Positions 17,116 to 26,971 of a DNA stretch of 64,000 nucleotides are shown here, piece by piece. Each line of letters begins with the position of its first letter. The stretch's first letter is position 1. The notes beneath the pieces were generated by a model, which was not told the DNA's origin, did not search any database, and worked only from the letters and a program-made list of their open reading frames with translations. Source of the stretch: Gammaproteobacteria bacterium (GTDB lineage Bacteria; Pseudomonadota; Gammaproteobacteria; UBA4575); contig OZ244850.1 in the NCBI GenBank assembly GCA_965220895.1, positions 1,897,506 to 1,961,505 of the forward strand, read 5' to 3'. The position numbers and the translations under genes are program-made.

Positions 17116-17490
17116 TCCGTCCCGCATCACAACAGGGGCGATCCTGATGGTTCAGGCACAGGGCAGGCATTACCCAACGCGAGTCAGATCCAGGCAAACC
17201 TTGCCGGCACTTCATCTACTGCGGATGCTGAGCTGGACGACACCCTGTTTGGGTACCAGCTGTTGTTCGGGGTCGATTACGCACTGACCGACGCCATGGC
17301 GCTTGGAGTCAAGGGACGCTGGGTGGACTTCGAATCCCTCAAGGACAGTGGTATGGGATCCGTTGCGTGGCCATCCGCCGTATCTGCGTACCCCGGCACA
17401 GGCCGGACAGGGGGGAGGTCGCGACCCGACAATACTACGCTACTGCTCGAGGCTGGCCTGGGGCGGATGGGATGCCGTCAGGACCTGTGA
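17116..17490 (+). pseudogene. remnant of an outer-membrane beta-barrel protein gene (OmpW/OmpA-like C-terminal strands), no start, and truncated
   Basis: The stop-free frame from 17116 reads ...NLAGTSSTADAELDDTLFGYQLLFGVDYALTDAMALGVKGRWVDFESLKD..., typical of terminal OMP beta-strands. No signal peptide or N-terminal domain. Its 3' end is overlapped by the transglutaminase gene on the other strand. Confidence 0.35.
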
Positions 17491-18405
17491 CAGGTTCGCA
17501 GGCTCGGCATGGGGTCTGGTTTCGGATACGGGTTCATCCGCGTTCGTTACGGTGACACACACTTCAAGCCTAGAGTGCCCGCCACTGAAATAGGTCCCTT
17601 GCGTCGGGGCAGCATCGGCGTAGTCGCGGCCGATGGCTATGCGGATGTGGCGGTGATCTGCCGGCGTGTTGTTGGTGGGGTCTATGCCTACCCAGCCGGG
17701 GCCTGGAATCCAGAACTCCGCCCAGGCGTGGCTCGCACCGGACGGCGTCTGTTCATTACCGGTCCCCTCCAGGTGCAGGTAGCCGGACACGTACCGGCTT
17801 GGAATTCCCCAGGAGCGCCCGATGGCAATCAGTACATGCGTGTAGTCCTGGCAGACGCCATGGCGGGTTTCCAGGATGTGTTCGATGGTGGAATCCACGT
17901 GGGTGCTCCCGGGCGTGTAACTGAAGGCCCCGTACAGTTTCGATGCGGCTTGCAGCAGGGATGAGAGCGGAGTACCGCCTGGCTCGATTCCCTGCGCTTC
18001 GATAAATGCCTCGAGAGGCTTGCAAGTGTAGACAAAGCGGCTCGAATTCAGAAACGCCCAGTAGCGCACGCGATCCGTGCTCTCTGCCAAGGCCTCCCAG
18101 CCCCACGTGCCGGAGTCGTCGGGCAACTGCGGGTCCGGGGCGGGGGCGACACGGGCCCGGGCGTGCAACACGGTCTGCCGGTGCATGCGGTGGATGTTGA
18201 TCAGGTGGCAGCGGTTGCCGAAGGCATCTGTACAGGGGACAGGTATGGTCAGCGGATCGACATGCAGGCCAAACTCCAGCACCTGCTGGCCCGCATCCTC
18301 CCTCGGATGCAGCCTCAAGAGCATGACACTACCGTGGGCCACAGTTTCGTAATGGAAATGGCAACGGTGCTCGATCCGGTACTGGCAGGGTTCGGGTGAT
18401 TTCAT
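17440..18405 (-). CDS. transglutaminase-like cysteine-protease-fold protein (third member of the CP-ATP-grasp/alpha-E/transglutaminase cluster)
   Basis: Internal start MKSPEPCQYRIEHRC.... TGase core (...THGVCQDYTHVLIAIGRSWGIPSRYVSGY...SHAWAEFWIPGPGWVGIDPTN...). The 4-nt overlap with the upstream alpha-E gene indicates coupling. The track ORF start at 18774 overextends. Confidence 0.8.
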   Translation of the reverse strand: MKSPEPCQYRIEHRCHFHYETVAHGSVMLLRLHPREDAGQQVLEFGLHVDPLTIPVPCTDAFGNRCHLINIHRMHRQTVLHARARVAPAPDPQLPDDSGTWGWEALAESTDRVRYWAFLNSSRFVYTCKPLEAFIEAQGIEPGGTPLSSLLQAASKLYGAFSYTPGSTHVDSTIEHILETRHGVCQDYTHVLIAIGRSWGIPSRYVSGYLHLEGTGNEQTPSGASHAWAEFWIPGPGWVGIDPTNNTPADHRHIRIAIGRDYADAAPTQGTYFSGGHSRLEVCVTVTNADEPVSETRPHAEPANLSQVLTASHPPQASLEQ

Positions 18406-19379
18406 GCGCCGGGTGTATCCTCGATCTCGTACTTGAAATAGGTGGTCTCGATATTCTCGTGCACCTTGCGGCTGGTACCGCGCAGTTCTTGCAACACCGT
18501 TCGGGTCGCATCGGTATCGTTGAGATTGTGCCTCGGCCAGTCGAAGTCGATGTACGCGGCCATGTGTCCTGCCAGGCGGCGTGCTTCCCGGGCCGGGCGC
18601 TTTTCCGAGACGCGTTCCAGGGCCACGACGATGCGTGCCAGCGCGTACCGGATCGAGCGGGAAAGGCGCAGGTCGCTGACCAGGAAGTTGATCACATTGA
18701 CCGGTTGGTACTCCAGCGAATAGCGGCGGCTGAACGTGCTCCGGGCTTCGCAGACCTGCAGCAGCGAGAGCCATTCGGATTCGATGTGGGCCTCGTCCAG
18801 GGGAAACACGGTGATCTGGGCCTCGATCAGTGCAGCCAGAAGCTGCACCCGCTCGACAAAGCGCCCGAGCTGAATGAAGTGCCAGCCATCATCGCGGTAC
18901 ACCGTGCTGTCGACGATCCCCGAGAATGTCCGGATCGTGTCCTCGGCATGCAGGTAGAAGTCGCCCGGGCGATCATCCCAGATGTTGGCGATGCCGACCT
19001 TGGACAGCTTCAGGTAGGCCACATTCAGGCAGTACCACATGTCCTTGCTGATCACGTTCCTGACCTGGCGGGCATTTTCGCGCGCCGTGGCGATGCAGTT
19101 GAGGATGGAGTCCGGGTTGCTGAACTCGAAGGTCAGGTCGTCGGCCAGCGTGTAGGAGTCGGCCAGCATGAAATTCTCATCATCGAGGTTCGACTCCAGG
19201 CTGCCGCCCACCGGTTCGCAGTCGAGACTGGCGTACAGGCGTCGCCAGGTCTGGTCGATTTCCTCCACCGGACGGTCTTCCAGGGTCTGCAGTTGATCGG
19301 CCAGCAGGCGACAGCCGTGCTGTGCCCTTTCGAGGTAACGGCTGATCCAGTACAGCCCCTGTGCATTGCGTGACAGCAT
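18402..19379 (-). CDS. alpha-E domain protein (DUF403)
   Basis: 325 aa, MLSRNAQGLYWISRYLERA..., characteristic of alpha-E proteins encoded between a CP ATP-grasp and a transglutaminase gene. The overlapping plus-strand ORF 18396..19373 is rejected. Confidence 0.75.
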   Translation of the reverse strand: MLSRNAQGLYWISRYLERAQHGCRLLADQLQTLEDRPVEEIDQTWRRLYASLDCEPVGGSLESNLDDENFMLADSYTLADDLTFEFSNPDSILNCIATARENARQVRNVISKDMWYCLNVAYLKLSKVGIANIWDDRPGDFYLHAEDTIRTFSGIVDSTVYRDDGWHFIQLGRFVERVQLLAALIEAQITVFPLDEAHIESEWLSLLQVCEARSTFSRRYSLEYQPVNVINFLVSDLRLSRSIRYALARIVVALERVSEKRPAREARRLAGHMAAYIDFDWPRHNLNDTDATRTVLQELRGTSRKVHENIETTYFKYEIEDTPGA

Positions 19380-19383
19380 GGCG

Positions 19384-20847
19384 TTACGGGGGCAATACCC
19401 AGAGGTCCTTGCCGCCTCCTCCCTGGCTCGAGTTGACGATCAAGGAGCCGGGGCGCAGCGCCACCCTGCAAAACGCACCCGGAACCAGCCGTGTTTCCTG
19501 GCCGCACAGTACGAACGGGCGAAGGTCCACGTGGCGGGGGGCGGCGCCTTCATCGGTCAGGCAGGGTGCACAGGAAAGGTTGAGGGCAGGCTGCGAGACA
19601 TAGTTGGCCGGGTTTTTGCGAATCTCGGCGGCGTAGGCCGCCCGCTCGTTTGCACTTGCCTGCGGCCCCACCAGCATGCCGTAGCCACCGGAGCCGCCGA
19701 CCACCTTGACAATCAGTTGCTCCAGGTTGTCGAGCGTATACTCCAGGCCTTCGGGCTCGCGGCAAAGATGGGTCTCCACGTTGGCCAGCAGGGGTTCTTC
19801 ATTGAGATAGTACCGGATAATGTCCGGGACATATGCATACAGGCTTTTGTCATCGGCCACCCCGGTCCCCGGGGCATTGGCAATGGCGACGTTTCCCATG
19901 CGATAGGCATAGAACAGGCCCGGCGTGCCAAGCCGGGAGTCCTGCCTGAAGGCCAGCGGGTCGATATAGTCATCGTCGATCCTGCGGTAGATGACGTCTA
20001 CACGCCGTAACCCTTCGGTCGTTCGCATGTAGACAAACCCGTTGTGGACCAGCAGGTCCTTGCCCTGTACCAGCTCCACCCCCATCTCGCGTGCCAGGAA
20101 CATGTGTTCGTAGTAGGCGGAGTTGTAGACGCCCGGTGTGAGGAGGACGATGCAGGGATCGGCGACCCCGGCGGGAGCAAACTCGGCCAGGGTTTTTCGC
20201 AGCAGCTTGCCGTACTGCTCGATGCCACAGACCCTGTGCCGTCGAAACAGGTTGCGCATGCTGGTCTTCAGGGCACGACGGTTGGCCAGCATGTACGAGA
20301 CCCCGGAAGGCACGCGCAGGTTGTCTTCCAGGACCATGAAACCGTCATGGGTGCGAACGAGATCGGTGCCGCAAAGAAAGACGTGGATGCCCAGGGGTAC
20401 CTGCACCCCGCGCATCTGGGTACGGTACTGCGGGCAGCCGTAGACGAGGTCCGCGGGCACGATGCCATCGCCAAGGACTTGTGCAGGCTCCTGCGCATAG
20501 ATGTCCGCAAGAAACAGGTTCAGTGCACGCAGTCTTTGGTGCAGTCCATGCTCGATCAGTTGCCACTCGCCGGCATCCAGCACCCTGGGAAGCAGGTCGA
20601 TCGGGATGATGCGTTCTTGCGCACTTTCGTCCCCGTATACGGAAAAGGTAATGCCCTCGTGCAGAAACGACTGTTCCGTTCTTTCCTGCAGGGCCGCGAT
20701 GTCGGCACCGGACATGGCGCCAAGATGCTCCCAGAGTGCCTTGCAATGTTCGCGCGGCACGCCAGGGGCTGAAAACATCTCGTCATAAAAGGCGGGATTG
20801 ACCTCATAGCCGGAAAAAAGTGAGGCGGATTTCACCGGGTTATACAC
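19384..20847 (-). CDS. circularly permuted type-2 ATP-grasp protein (DUF404/DUF407)
   Basis: 487 aa, conserved with the two downstream genes as a triad of unknown function. Confidence 0.8.
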   Translation of the reverse strand: MYNPVKSASLFSGYEVNPAFYDEMFSAPGVPREHCKALWEHLGAMSGADIAALQERTEQSFLHEGITFSVYGDESAQERIIPIDLLPRVLDAGEWQLIEHGLHQRLRALNLFLADIYAQEPAQVLGDGIVPADLVYGCPQYRTQMRGVQVPLGIHVFLCGTDLVRTHDGFMVLEDNLRVPSGVSYMLANRRALKTSMRNLFRRHRVCGIEQYGKLLRKTLAEFAPAGVADPCIVLLTPGVYNSAYYEHMFLAREMGVELVQGKDLLVHNGFVYMRTTEGLRRVDVIYRRIDDDYIDPLAFRQDSRLGTPGLFYAYRMGNVAIANAPGTGVADDKSLYAYVPDIIRYYLNEEPLLANVETHLCREPEGLEYTLDNLEQLIVKVVGGSGGYGMLVGPQASANERAAYAAEIRKNPANYVSQPALNLSCAPCLTDEGAAPRHVDLRPFVLCGQETRLVPGAFCRVALRPGSLIVNSSQGGGGKDLWVLPP

Positions 20848-21076
20848 CTGGGAGGTTTTTCTCTGTCAGGCTATTATAATTTATCGTGAAAACAGGGGTC
20901 GAAAAACATGCCCTTTTGCCCCGCACCCGAACCCACCTTGAAGCCCTGCCACAGCGGAATCAGTCATGATGCGGCCAAGCGGGTATACTTGCACCTGTAT
21001 GGGTATTCCGTAACGGCCTGGTAGATACACACATTACAGTTCATTTGGCCCGTCATACACAGCTGGATACAAATTG

Positions 21077-22324
21077 ATGCTCCAACCCCTCGAGCTTTTT
21101 ATAGGTTCACGCTACTTGCGTGCAAAAAGGCGAAATCACTTCATTTCATTCATCTCGCTGATTTCCGTGCTCGGGATCGCGCTCAGCATCATCGTGCTGA
21201 TCACCGTGCTGTCGGTCATGAACGGCTTCCAGCATGAGGTCAAGCACCGGATTCTGGGAATGACCTCGCATGCGACCGCCATGGAGATGACCGGGGTCTT
21301 GCGGGACTGGCAGGGGTTGCAGGACAAACTCAGGGACAATGACGAGATCAAGGGTACCGCGCCCTATGTCCAGGCGCAGGGCATGATCGTCAGCGGCAGG
21401 CGCCTGACCGGGGCCATGCTCAACGGGGTGGACCCTGCACTTGAAGGGAACGTCTCCCGGATTGGAGACCTGGTGCTCGACGGTGACCTCGGTGTCCTGC
21501 ATGCCGGTGAATACGGCATCTTGCTGGGCAAGGACCTGGCCGGCTATTTGCGCGTGGCAACGGGCGACAAGGTCTCCGTGCTGACTCCGGAGGCGAATGT
21601 CACCCCGGCAGGCATCGTGCCGCGGCTCAGGCGTTTTACCGTGGTGGGCATCTATTCCGTGGGGGTGCCGCAGTACGATCGCAACACGGCGGTCATGCAC
21701 ATCGAGGATGCCAGGCGCCTGTTTCGCCTGGGCGATGCCGTATCCGGACTGCGTCTCAGGTTCGAGGACCTGTTCAATGCGCCCCCGATCACCCAGGGGC
21801 TGCGTACCCAGCTGGGCGAGGACTACTGGGTCACCGACTGGACCCAGCATAACAGCCAGTTTTTCCGTGCCCTCAGGATCGAGAAGATCATGATGGCCAT
21901 CATCCTGTCCCTGCTGGTGCTGATCGCCGCATTCAATATCGTCTCTGCGCTGGTCATGGTGGTCACCGAGAAGCAAAGCGATATCGCCATCCTGCGCACC
22001 CTAGGCGTCACGCCGAAAGGAATCATGAGCATATTCGTCATCCAGGGAACGGTGATCGGCCTCGTCGGGACTGTCTTAGGGGCCATCTTCGGCCTCTTGC
22101 TAGCCGCCAACCTGGAAACCATTATCGGCAGGATCGAAGCCTATTTCGGGATGAGGTTTTTGTCCGACAACATTTACCCGATCAATGACCTGCCTTCGAA
22201 AATCGACACGGTAGACGTGGCCCTCGTGTGCACGCTGGCCTTCGTGCTCACCGTGCTGGCAACCCTGTACCCGGCATGGAAGGCTTCTCGCACCCAGCCC
22301 GCCGAGGCGTTGCGCTACGAGTAG
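21077..22324 (+). CDS. lolC: lipoprotein-releasing system permease LolC/LolE
   Basis: MLQPLELFIGSRYLRAKRRN...; FtsX-like permease with 4 TM helices and a periplasmic domain; followed by lolD. Confidence 0.85.
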   Translation: MLQPLELFIGSRYLRAKRRNHFISFISLISVLGIALSIIVLITVLSVMNGFQHEVKHRILGMTSHATAMEMTGVLRDWQGLQDKLRDNDEIKGTAPYVQAQGMIVSGRRLTGAMLNGVDPALEGNVSRIGDLVLDGDLGVLHAGEYGILLGKDLAGYLRVATGDKVSVLTPEANVTPAGIVPRLRRFTVVGIYSVGVPQYDRNTAVMHIEDARRLFRLGDAVSGLRLRFEDLFNAPPITQGLRTQLGEDYWVTDWTQHNSQFFRALRIEKIMMAIILSLLVLIAAFNIVSALVMVVTEKQSDIAILRTLGVTPKGIMSIFVIQGTVIGLVGTVLGAIFGLLLAANLETIIGRIEAYFGMRFLSDNIYPINDLPSKIDTVDVALVCTLAFVLTVLATLYPAWKASRTQPAEALRYE

Positions 22325-22329
22325 GCACC

Positions 22330-23025
22330 ATGGCTGAGGTTCTGCAATGCAATTCACTGGTGCGCACGTTCGCGAGCGGCCCGCTGCATGTACAGGTGCT
22401 CAAGGGGGTGGACCTCAGCGTGGAGGCGGGCAGCCGGCAGGCGATCATCGGGGTGTCCGGCAGCGGCAAGAGCACACTGATGCATCTGCTGGGAGGTCTG
22501 GATACCCCGGATTCCGGCACGGTACAGGTGTGCGGGCGGGACATGTCCAGCCTCTCGGATGCGGAGCGCGGGCAGTTGCGAAACCGTGCACTGGGCTTCA
22601 TTTACCAGTTCCATCATCTGTTGCCGGAGTTCACCGCCCTGGAGAACGTCGCCATCCCGTTGCTGTGGCGACGCTGGCCGGTCTCCAGGGCGCTTGGCCA
22701 GGCGCAGGAATTCCTTGCCAAGGTGGGCATGTCCGGGCACATGAAGCACAAACCGGCGGAGCTCTCCGGTGGAGAGAGGCAGCGCGTTGCGATTGCCCGT
22801 GCCCTGGTGACCGAACCGCAGGTGGTGCTTGCCGATGAACCGACGGGAAATCTCGACCAGAAAAATGTCGAACAGGTGCAGGCCCTGATGTTCGAGATGT
22901 GCAGGGAACTGGGCATGGCGCTGGTTGTGGTGACGCATGATCCGGGCGTAGCACAGTCCATGGACGTGACCTACCAACTGACCGACGGGCGGCTGTCCGT
23001 GGCCGAAGCCGTCCATCATTCTTGA
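22330..23025 (+). CDS. lolD: lipoprotein-releasing system ATP-binding protein LolD
   Basis: Start MAEVLQCNSLVRTF.... Walker A GVSGSGKST, ABC signature LSGGERQR, Walker B VVLADEPTGNLD. Confidence 0.9.
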   Translation: MAEVLQCNSLVRTFASGPLHVQVLKGVDLSVEAGSRQAIIGVSGSGKSTLMHLLGGLDTPDSGTVQVCGRDMSSLSDAERGQLRNRALGFIYQFHHLLPEFTALENVAIPLLWRRWPVSRALGQAQEFLAKVGMSGHMKHKPAELSGGERQRVAIARALVTEPQVVLADEPTGNLDQKNVEQVQALMFEMCRELGMALVVVTHDPGVAQSMDVTYQLTDGRLSVAEAVHHS

Positions 23026-23039
23026 ATACCCCGAAGGCC

Positions 23040-24806
23040 ATGTCCACGAGCGCTACTCGCACGACCAGCTGGCAGACCTATTCCCGCTTGCTGGGCTACA
23101 CCTTTTCCAAGTGGCAGTACCTGCTGCTGGGTTCGGTGTCCCTGCTGGTGTTCTCGGGGCTGGATGCCTTGACCGTGTACCTGCTCGGGCCCTTCATCGA
23201 CGGCGCTTTCGTGGACAAGAATTACGATGAGATCAAGTGGATTCCGATGGTGCTGTTGCTGGTCATCGTGCTGCGCGGAGTCGCGAATTTTGCAGGCACC
23301 TACTACATCGGCTATGTGGGCGCGTACGTGATCAAGGCCTTGCGCCAGCAGATGTTTGACCGGCTGCAGTTCCTGCCGGCCCACTACTTCGACTTCCAGG
23401 CGACAGGCAACCTGCTGTCGAAATTTTCCTACGACGTTGAGCATGTGATCGGGGCAGCGGCGAAAAGTCTTCGCAGCCTGGTGGAAGATACGTCCAAGAT
23501 CATCTTCCTGCTGGGCGTGATGATGTACAACAACTGGAAGCTGACCCTGATTTTTCTGGTGGTGGCCCCGGCCATTGCCGCGGTGGTCGGCTATACCAGC
23601 CGCCTGTTCAGAAAGTACAGCACACGCATCCAGCAGTCCGTAGGCAAGATCACCCATATCGTCGAGGAAAGCATTACCGGACACCGCATCGTCAAGCTGT
23701 TCGGCGGGCAGGACTATGAAATCCGCAAGTTCGGGATGGCCAACGAAGGCTATCGCCGCTCCTACCTGAGGAAGGTCATGACCAAGGCGGCCAGTACTCC
23801 GGTGATCCAGATGCTGGTCGGTTTCGTGCTGGTCGTGGTGCTGGCCGTGGCCGCCCGCCCGGTCATGGCATCCGGCGAAAGTGCAGGGGAGTTCGTGGCC
23901 TTCATCGTGGCGATGGTCTGGATCCTGACCCCGGCCAGAAAGCTCACCCTGGTGAACGAGATCCTGCAGACCGGCATTGCCGCAGGCGAAAGCGTGTTTG
24001 AGTTGATCGATACGGAAAAGGAACCCGAAACCATCGGCAAAACGCTCAAGACCTGCCGGGGGGAGATCGAGTACCGCGGGGTAGGCTTCAAGTACACCTC
24101 CCGGGAAGAGCAGGCGCTGTCTGACATCAACCTGAGCATCGAGCCGGGGGAAACCGTGGCATTCGTGGGTCGCTCCGGCAGCGGCAAGAGCACGATCGTG
24201 AACCTGCTGCCGCGCTTTTACGATGCCGACCAGGGCAGCATCCTGGTCGACGGCACCGACATCCGGGAATTCAGCCTGGCCTCCCTGCGGGCACAGATGG
24301 CCTTCGTCCACCAGGAAGTCGTTCTGTTCAACGATACGATTGCGAACAATATTGCCTATGCAAAAAATGTGAAGTCCGACGACGAGCAGGTGCTGCAGGC
24401 CGCCCGGGCCGCCCATGTGCTGGAGTTCACGGACAAGCTGGCGGACGGGCTGGACACCGAGGTCGGCGAGAATGGCGTGCTGCTGTCGGGAGGCCAGCGC
24501 CAGCGAGTCGCACTTGCCAGGGCGCTGCTCAGGGATGCCCCGGTGCTGATCCTAGATGAGGCAACCTCCTCGCTGGATTCCGAGTCAGAGAAATACATCC
24601 AGGCAGCCATTGAGGCCTTGCAGAAGGACAGGACGACACTGATCATTGCGCATCGCCTGTCGACTACGGAAAAAGCGGACCGGGTCGTGGTGATGGACAA
24701 GGGCCGTATCGTAGAGATTGGCCGGCCCCAGGAGTTGCTGGAGCGCGACGGCGTGTACGCCGGATTGTACAGGCTGCAGGCGCGCGACGTTGCCGTGGAC
24801 CTGTAG
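23040..24806 (+). CDS. msbA: lipid A export ATP-binding/permease MsbA
   Basis: 6-TM ABC exporter plus NBD (GRSGSGKST, LSGGQRQR). Part of the msbA-lpxK-ycaR-kdsB operon. A TTG start at 23022 is an alternative. Confidence 0.9.
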   Translation: MSTSATRTTSWQTYSRLLGYTFSKWQYLLLGSVSLLVFSGLDALTVYLLGPFIDGAFVDKNYDEIKWIPMVLLLVIVLRGVANFAGTYYIGYVGAYVIKALRQQMFDRLQFLPAHYFDFQATGNLLSKFSYDVEHVIGAAAKSLRSLVEDTSKIIFLLGVMMYNNWKLTLIFLVVAPAIAAVVGYTSRLFRKYSTRIQQSVGKITHIVEESITGHRIVKLFGGQDYEIRKFGMANEGYRRSYLRKVMTKAASTPVIQMLVGFVLVVVLAVAARPVMASGESAGEFVAFIVAMVWILTPARKLTLVNEILQTGIAAGESVFELIDTEKEPETIGKTLKTCRGEIEYRGVGFKYTSREEQALSDINLSIEPGETVAFVGRSGSGKSTIVNLLPRFYDADQGSILVDGTDIREFSLASLRAQMAFVHQEVVLFNDTIANNIAYAKNVKSDDEQVLQAARAAHVLEFTDKLADGLDTEVGENGVLLSGGQRQRVALARALLRDAPVLILDEATSSLDSESEKYIQAAIEALQKDRTTLIIAHRLSTTEKADRVVVMDKGRIVEIGRPQELLERDGVYAGLYRLQARDVAVDL

Positions 24807-24825
24807 AGGCATCGGGACCTGTTTT

Positions 24826-25830
24826 GTGGCACTGAACATCGATCCAGAAAAGGTCTGGTATTCAAACAGCACGCTTTCCGTCTTGCTGTTGCCCCTGTCC
24901 TGGCTGTTCCGGCTGATCGTTGCCCTCCGGCGGGCTTATTACCAGTTCGCTGGCCGCTCGCACAGCCCATCCCCGGCCTACGTGATCGTGGTGGGCAACA
25001 TCGCGGTAGGTGGTACCGGGAAAACCCCTTTTTTGATCTGGCTGGCCAGGCAGTGCTGCAAGCGGGGACTGAAGACCGGCATCATCACCCGTGGCTACAA
25101 GGGCACCCGCACAGACCGGGTGGTTGAGGTTGGCACGGACAGCCGGGTCGAGGAGGTCGGCGACGAGGCTCTGCTGCTGGCAAGAAAGACTGCCTGTCCG
25201 GTGGTGGCGGCGACCGACCGCAGCCAGGCACTGGCGCGGCTCGTACAATCCGCACAGCCCGATGTGGTGTTATCGGATGACGGGCTGCAGCATTACGCGA
25301 TGGGCCGTGATTTCGAGATCGCGGTCATTGATGGCGTGCGGGAGTTCGGTAACGGCCGATGCCTGCCGGCGGGGCCCCTGCGCGAGCCGCCGTCGCGCCT
25401 TCGAAGCTGCGACCTCGTGGTGCGAAACGGACCGGCCAATCCACAGGGCCTGTATTTTGAAGTGCAGCCGGAAGAACTTCATGCATTGAACCTGCGCGAG
25501 GTGCGAAAGTCGCTGCAGGAGTTTCGCGGGCGCACGGTGCATGCCGTAGCAGGAATAGGAAATCCCGGACGCTTTTTCAGGCTGCTCAAGCAGGCGGGTC
25601 TTGACATCATCGAGCATGCCTTTGCAGACCACCATGCCTACGTGAAAGCGGACCTCGAGTTCGGTGATGATGCGCCGATCCTGATGACTGAAAAAGATGT
25701 CGTAAAGTGCGAGACTTTCCTTGACAGCGACATCTGGTATCTACCCATAATAGTGCAGCCCAATGCGGCCCTGGAACAACGTATCTCGACCCTGATCGAA
25801 GGAATCCCGATTGCAAAAACAACTGCTTGA
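24826..25830 (+). CDS. lpxK: tetraacyldisaccharide 4'-kinase LpxK
   Basis: ...[16 protein letters not shown]...[16 protein letters not shown]... matches the LpxK P-loop. GTG start at 24826 (TTG at 24823 possible). The track ORF 24718 overlaps msbA. Confidence 0.85.
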   Translation: MALNIDPEKVWYSNSTLSVLLLPLSWLFRLIVALRRAYYQFAGRSHSPSPAYVIVVGNIAVGGTGKTPFLIWLARQCCKRGLKTGIITRGYKGTRTDRVVEVGTDSRVEEVGDEALLLARKTACPVVAATDRSQALARLVQSAQPDVVLSDDGLQHYAMGRDFEIAVIDGVREFGNGRCLPAGPLREPPSRLRSCDLVVRNGPANPQGLYFEVQPEELHALNLREVRKSLQEFRGRTVHAVAGIGNPGRFFRLLKQAGLDIIEHAFADHHAYVKADLEFGDDAPILMTEKDVVKCETFLDSDIWYLPIIVQPNAALEQRISTLIEGIPIAKTTA

Positions 25831-26005
25831 TATTCTGGTCTGCCCGGTCACCAAGGGGCCGTTGAAGTATGACCAGGAAAAGCAGGAGTTGATCTCCACT
25901 TCTGCAAAGCTTGCCTACCCGATTCGTGACGGCATCCCGGTCATGCTCGAAGATGAGGCCAGGTCACTCAGCGAAGAGGAATACGAGAAGTACAAGAGCC
26001 AGTAG
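25811..26005 (+). CDS. ycaR: Trm112/YcaR-family small protein (UPF0434)
   Basis: 64 aa, [29 protein letters not shown]...[18 protein letters not shown] start overlapping the lpxK end. Confidence 0.8.
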   Translation: MQKQLLDILVCPVTKGPLKYDQEKQELISTSAKLAYPIRDGIPVMLEDEARSLSEEEYEKYKSQ

Positions 26006-26046
26006 CGCCTGACGCGGTTCAAGCTGTATCTGTCCGACGCCTGCTT

Positions 26047-26769
26047 ATGGATTTCAAGGTAGTCATCCCTGCACACTATGCATCGACCCGGCTGCCGGGC
26101 AAGGTGTTGCTGGAAGTGCGTGGCAAACCCATCATCGAGTACGTCTACAGGAATGCATGTGCAAGCGGCGCAAAACACGTCTTGGTCGCCACCGACGACT
26201 CGAGAATCGTAGAGGCGGTACAGGCTTTTGGCGCCGAGGCCTGCCTCACTTCGACAGAGCATACATCCGGTTCAGACCGGATTGCGGAGGCCATACAACG
26301 CAATGCCTGGCCTGAGGGCACCATCATCGTGAACCTGCAAGCGGATGAGCCGATGATGCCGGCAGAGAACATCGCGCAGGTCGCAACCAACCTCGGCCGC
26401 CACCCGGCGGTCGACATTGCAACCCTGTGTACCGGACTGGAGGTCGGGCATGAGGCGGGTGACCCGAACGTCGTCAAGGTCGTCCATGATCGTGACAACA
26501 TTGCCACCGGCTTCAGCCGGAGCATGGAAGCCCTTGGAGCATCCGGGGGTCAAACCGTCTATCGTCACTTGGGGATCTATGCCTACCGTGCAGGTTTTCT
26601 GTGCAGGTTCACCCGGTGGCCGAGGTCGCGGCTGGAGAAAGAGGAGTCGCTGGAGCAGATGCGAGCCTTCGAACACGGCAGCCTGATTCATGTGCAGATG
26701 TGTCGCTCGGCACCGGGCATCGGAGTGGACACACAGGAAGACTATGAGGCCTTGCTGCAGGCACTGTAA
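26047..26769 (+). CDS. kdsB: 3-deoxy-manno-octulosonate cytidylyltransferase KdsB
   Basis: MDFKVVIPAHYASTRLPGKVLL... Confidence 0.9.
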   Translation: MDFKVVIPAHYASTRLPGKVLLEVRGKPIIEYVYRNACASGAKHVLVATDDSRIVEAVQAFGAEACLTSTEHTSGSDRIAEAIQRNAWPEGTIIVNLQADEPMMPAENIAQVATNLGRHPAVDIATLCTGLEVGHEAGDPNVVKVVHDRDNIATGFSRSMEALGASGGQTVYRHLGIYAYRAGFLCRFTRWPRSRLEKEESLEQMRAFEHGSLIHVQMCRSAPGIGVDTQEDYEALLQAL

Positions 26770-26971
26770 AGCCTTCTGGCGGACCATTTCGGGTCCCTGA
26801 AAATCGAACAAGCCGGGGTAAAATTCGTCGCCGAATTGATGCAGCAGTCAAAAGGCTTCAGAGATGAAATATCAATATAAGCAAATGGCTACGAAAGGTT
26901 AATAATAATCTAGATCGGGATATTGAAAGTCTGGGAGCGGCGTTGAAATTTCTCAATATTGGGCTCGTGGT

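Noticed and set aside
18396-19373. 325-aa plus-strand ORF exactly mirroring the alpha-E gene
   Set aside because: The minus-strand product has the alpha-E family N-terminus and sits in an operon with the ATP-grasp and transglutaminase genes. The plus-strand translation is low-complexity.
23016-24416. 466-aa minus-strand ORF antisense to msbA, with similar antisense ORFs at 55700..57250 (fadJ), 5043..5843 and 6693..7430 (TonB receptor region), and 10319..11011 (transposase)
   Set aside because: High-GC DNA yields long stop-free antisense frames. The sense genes have unmistakable family signatures.
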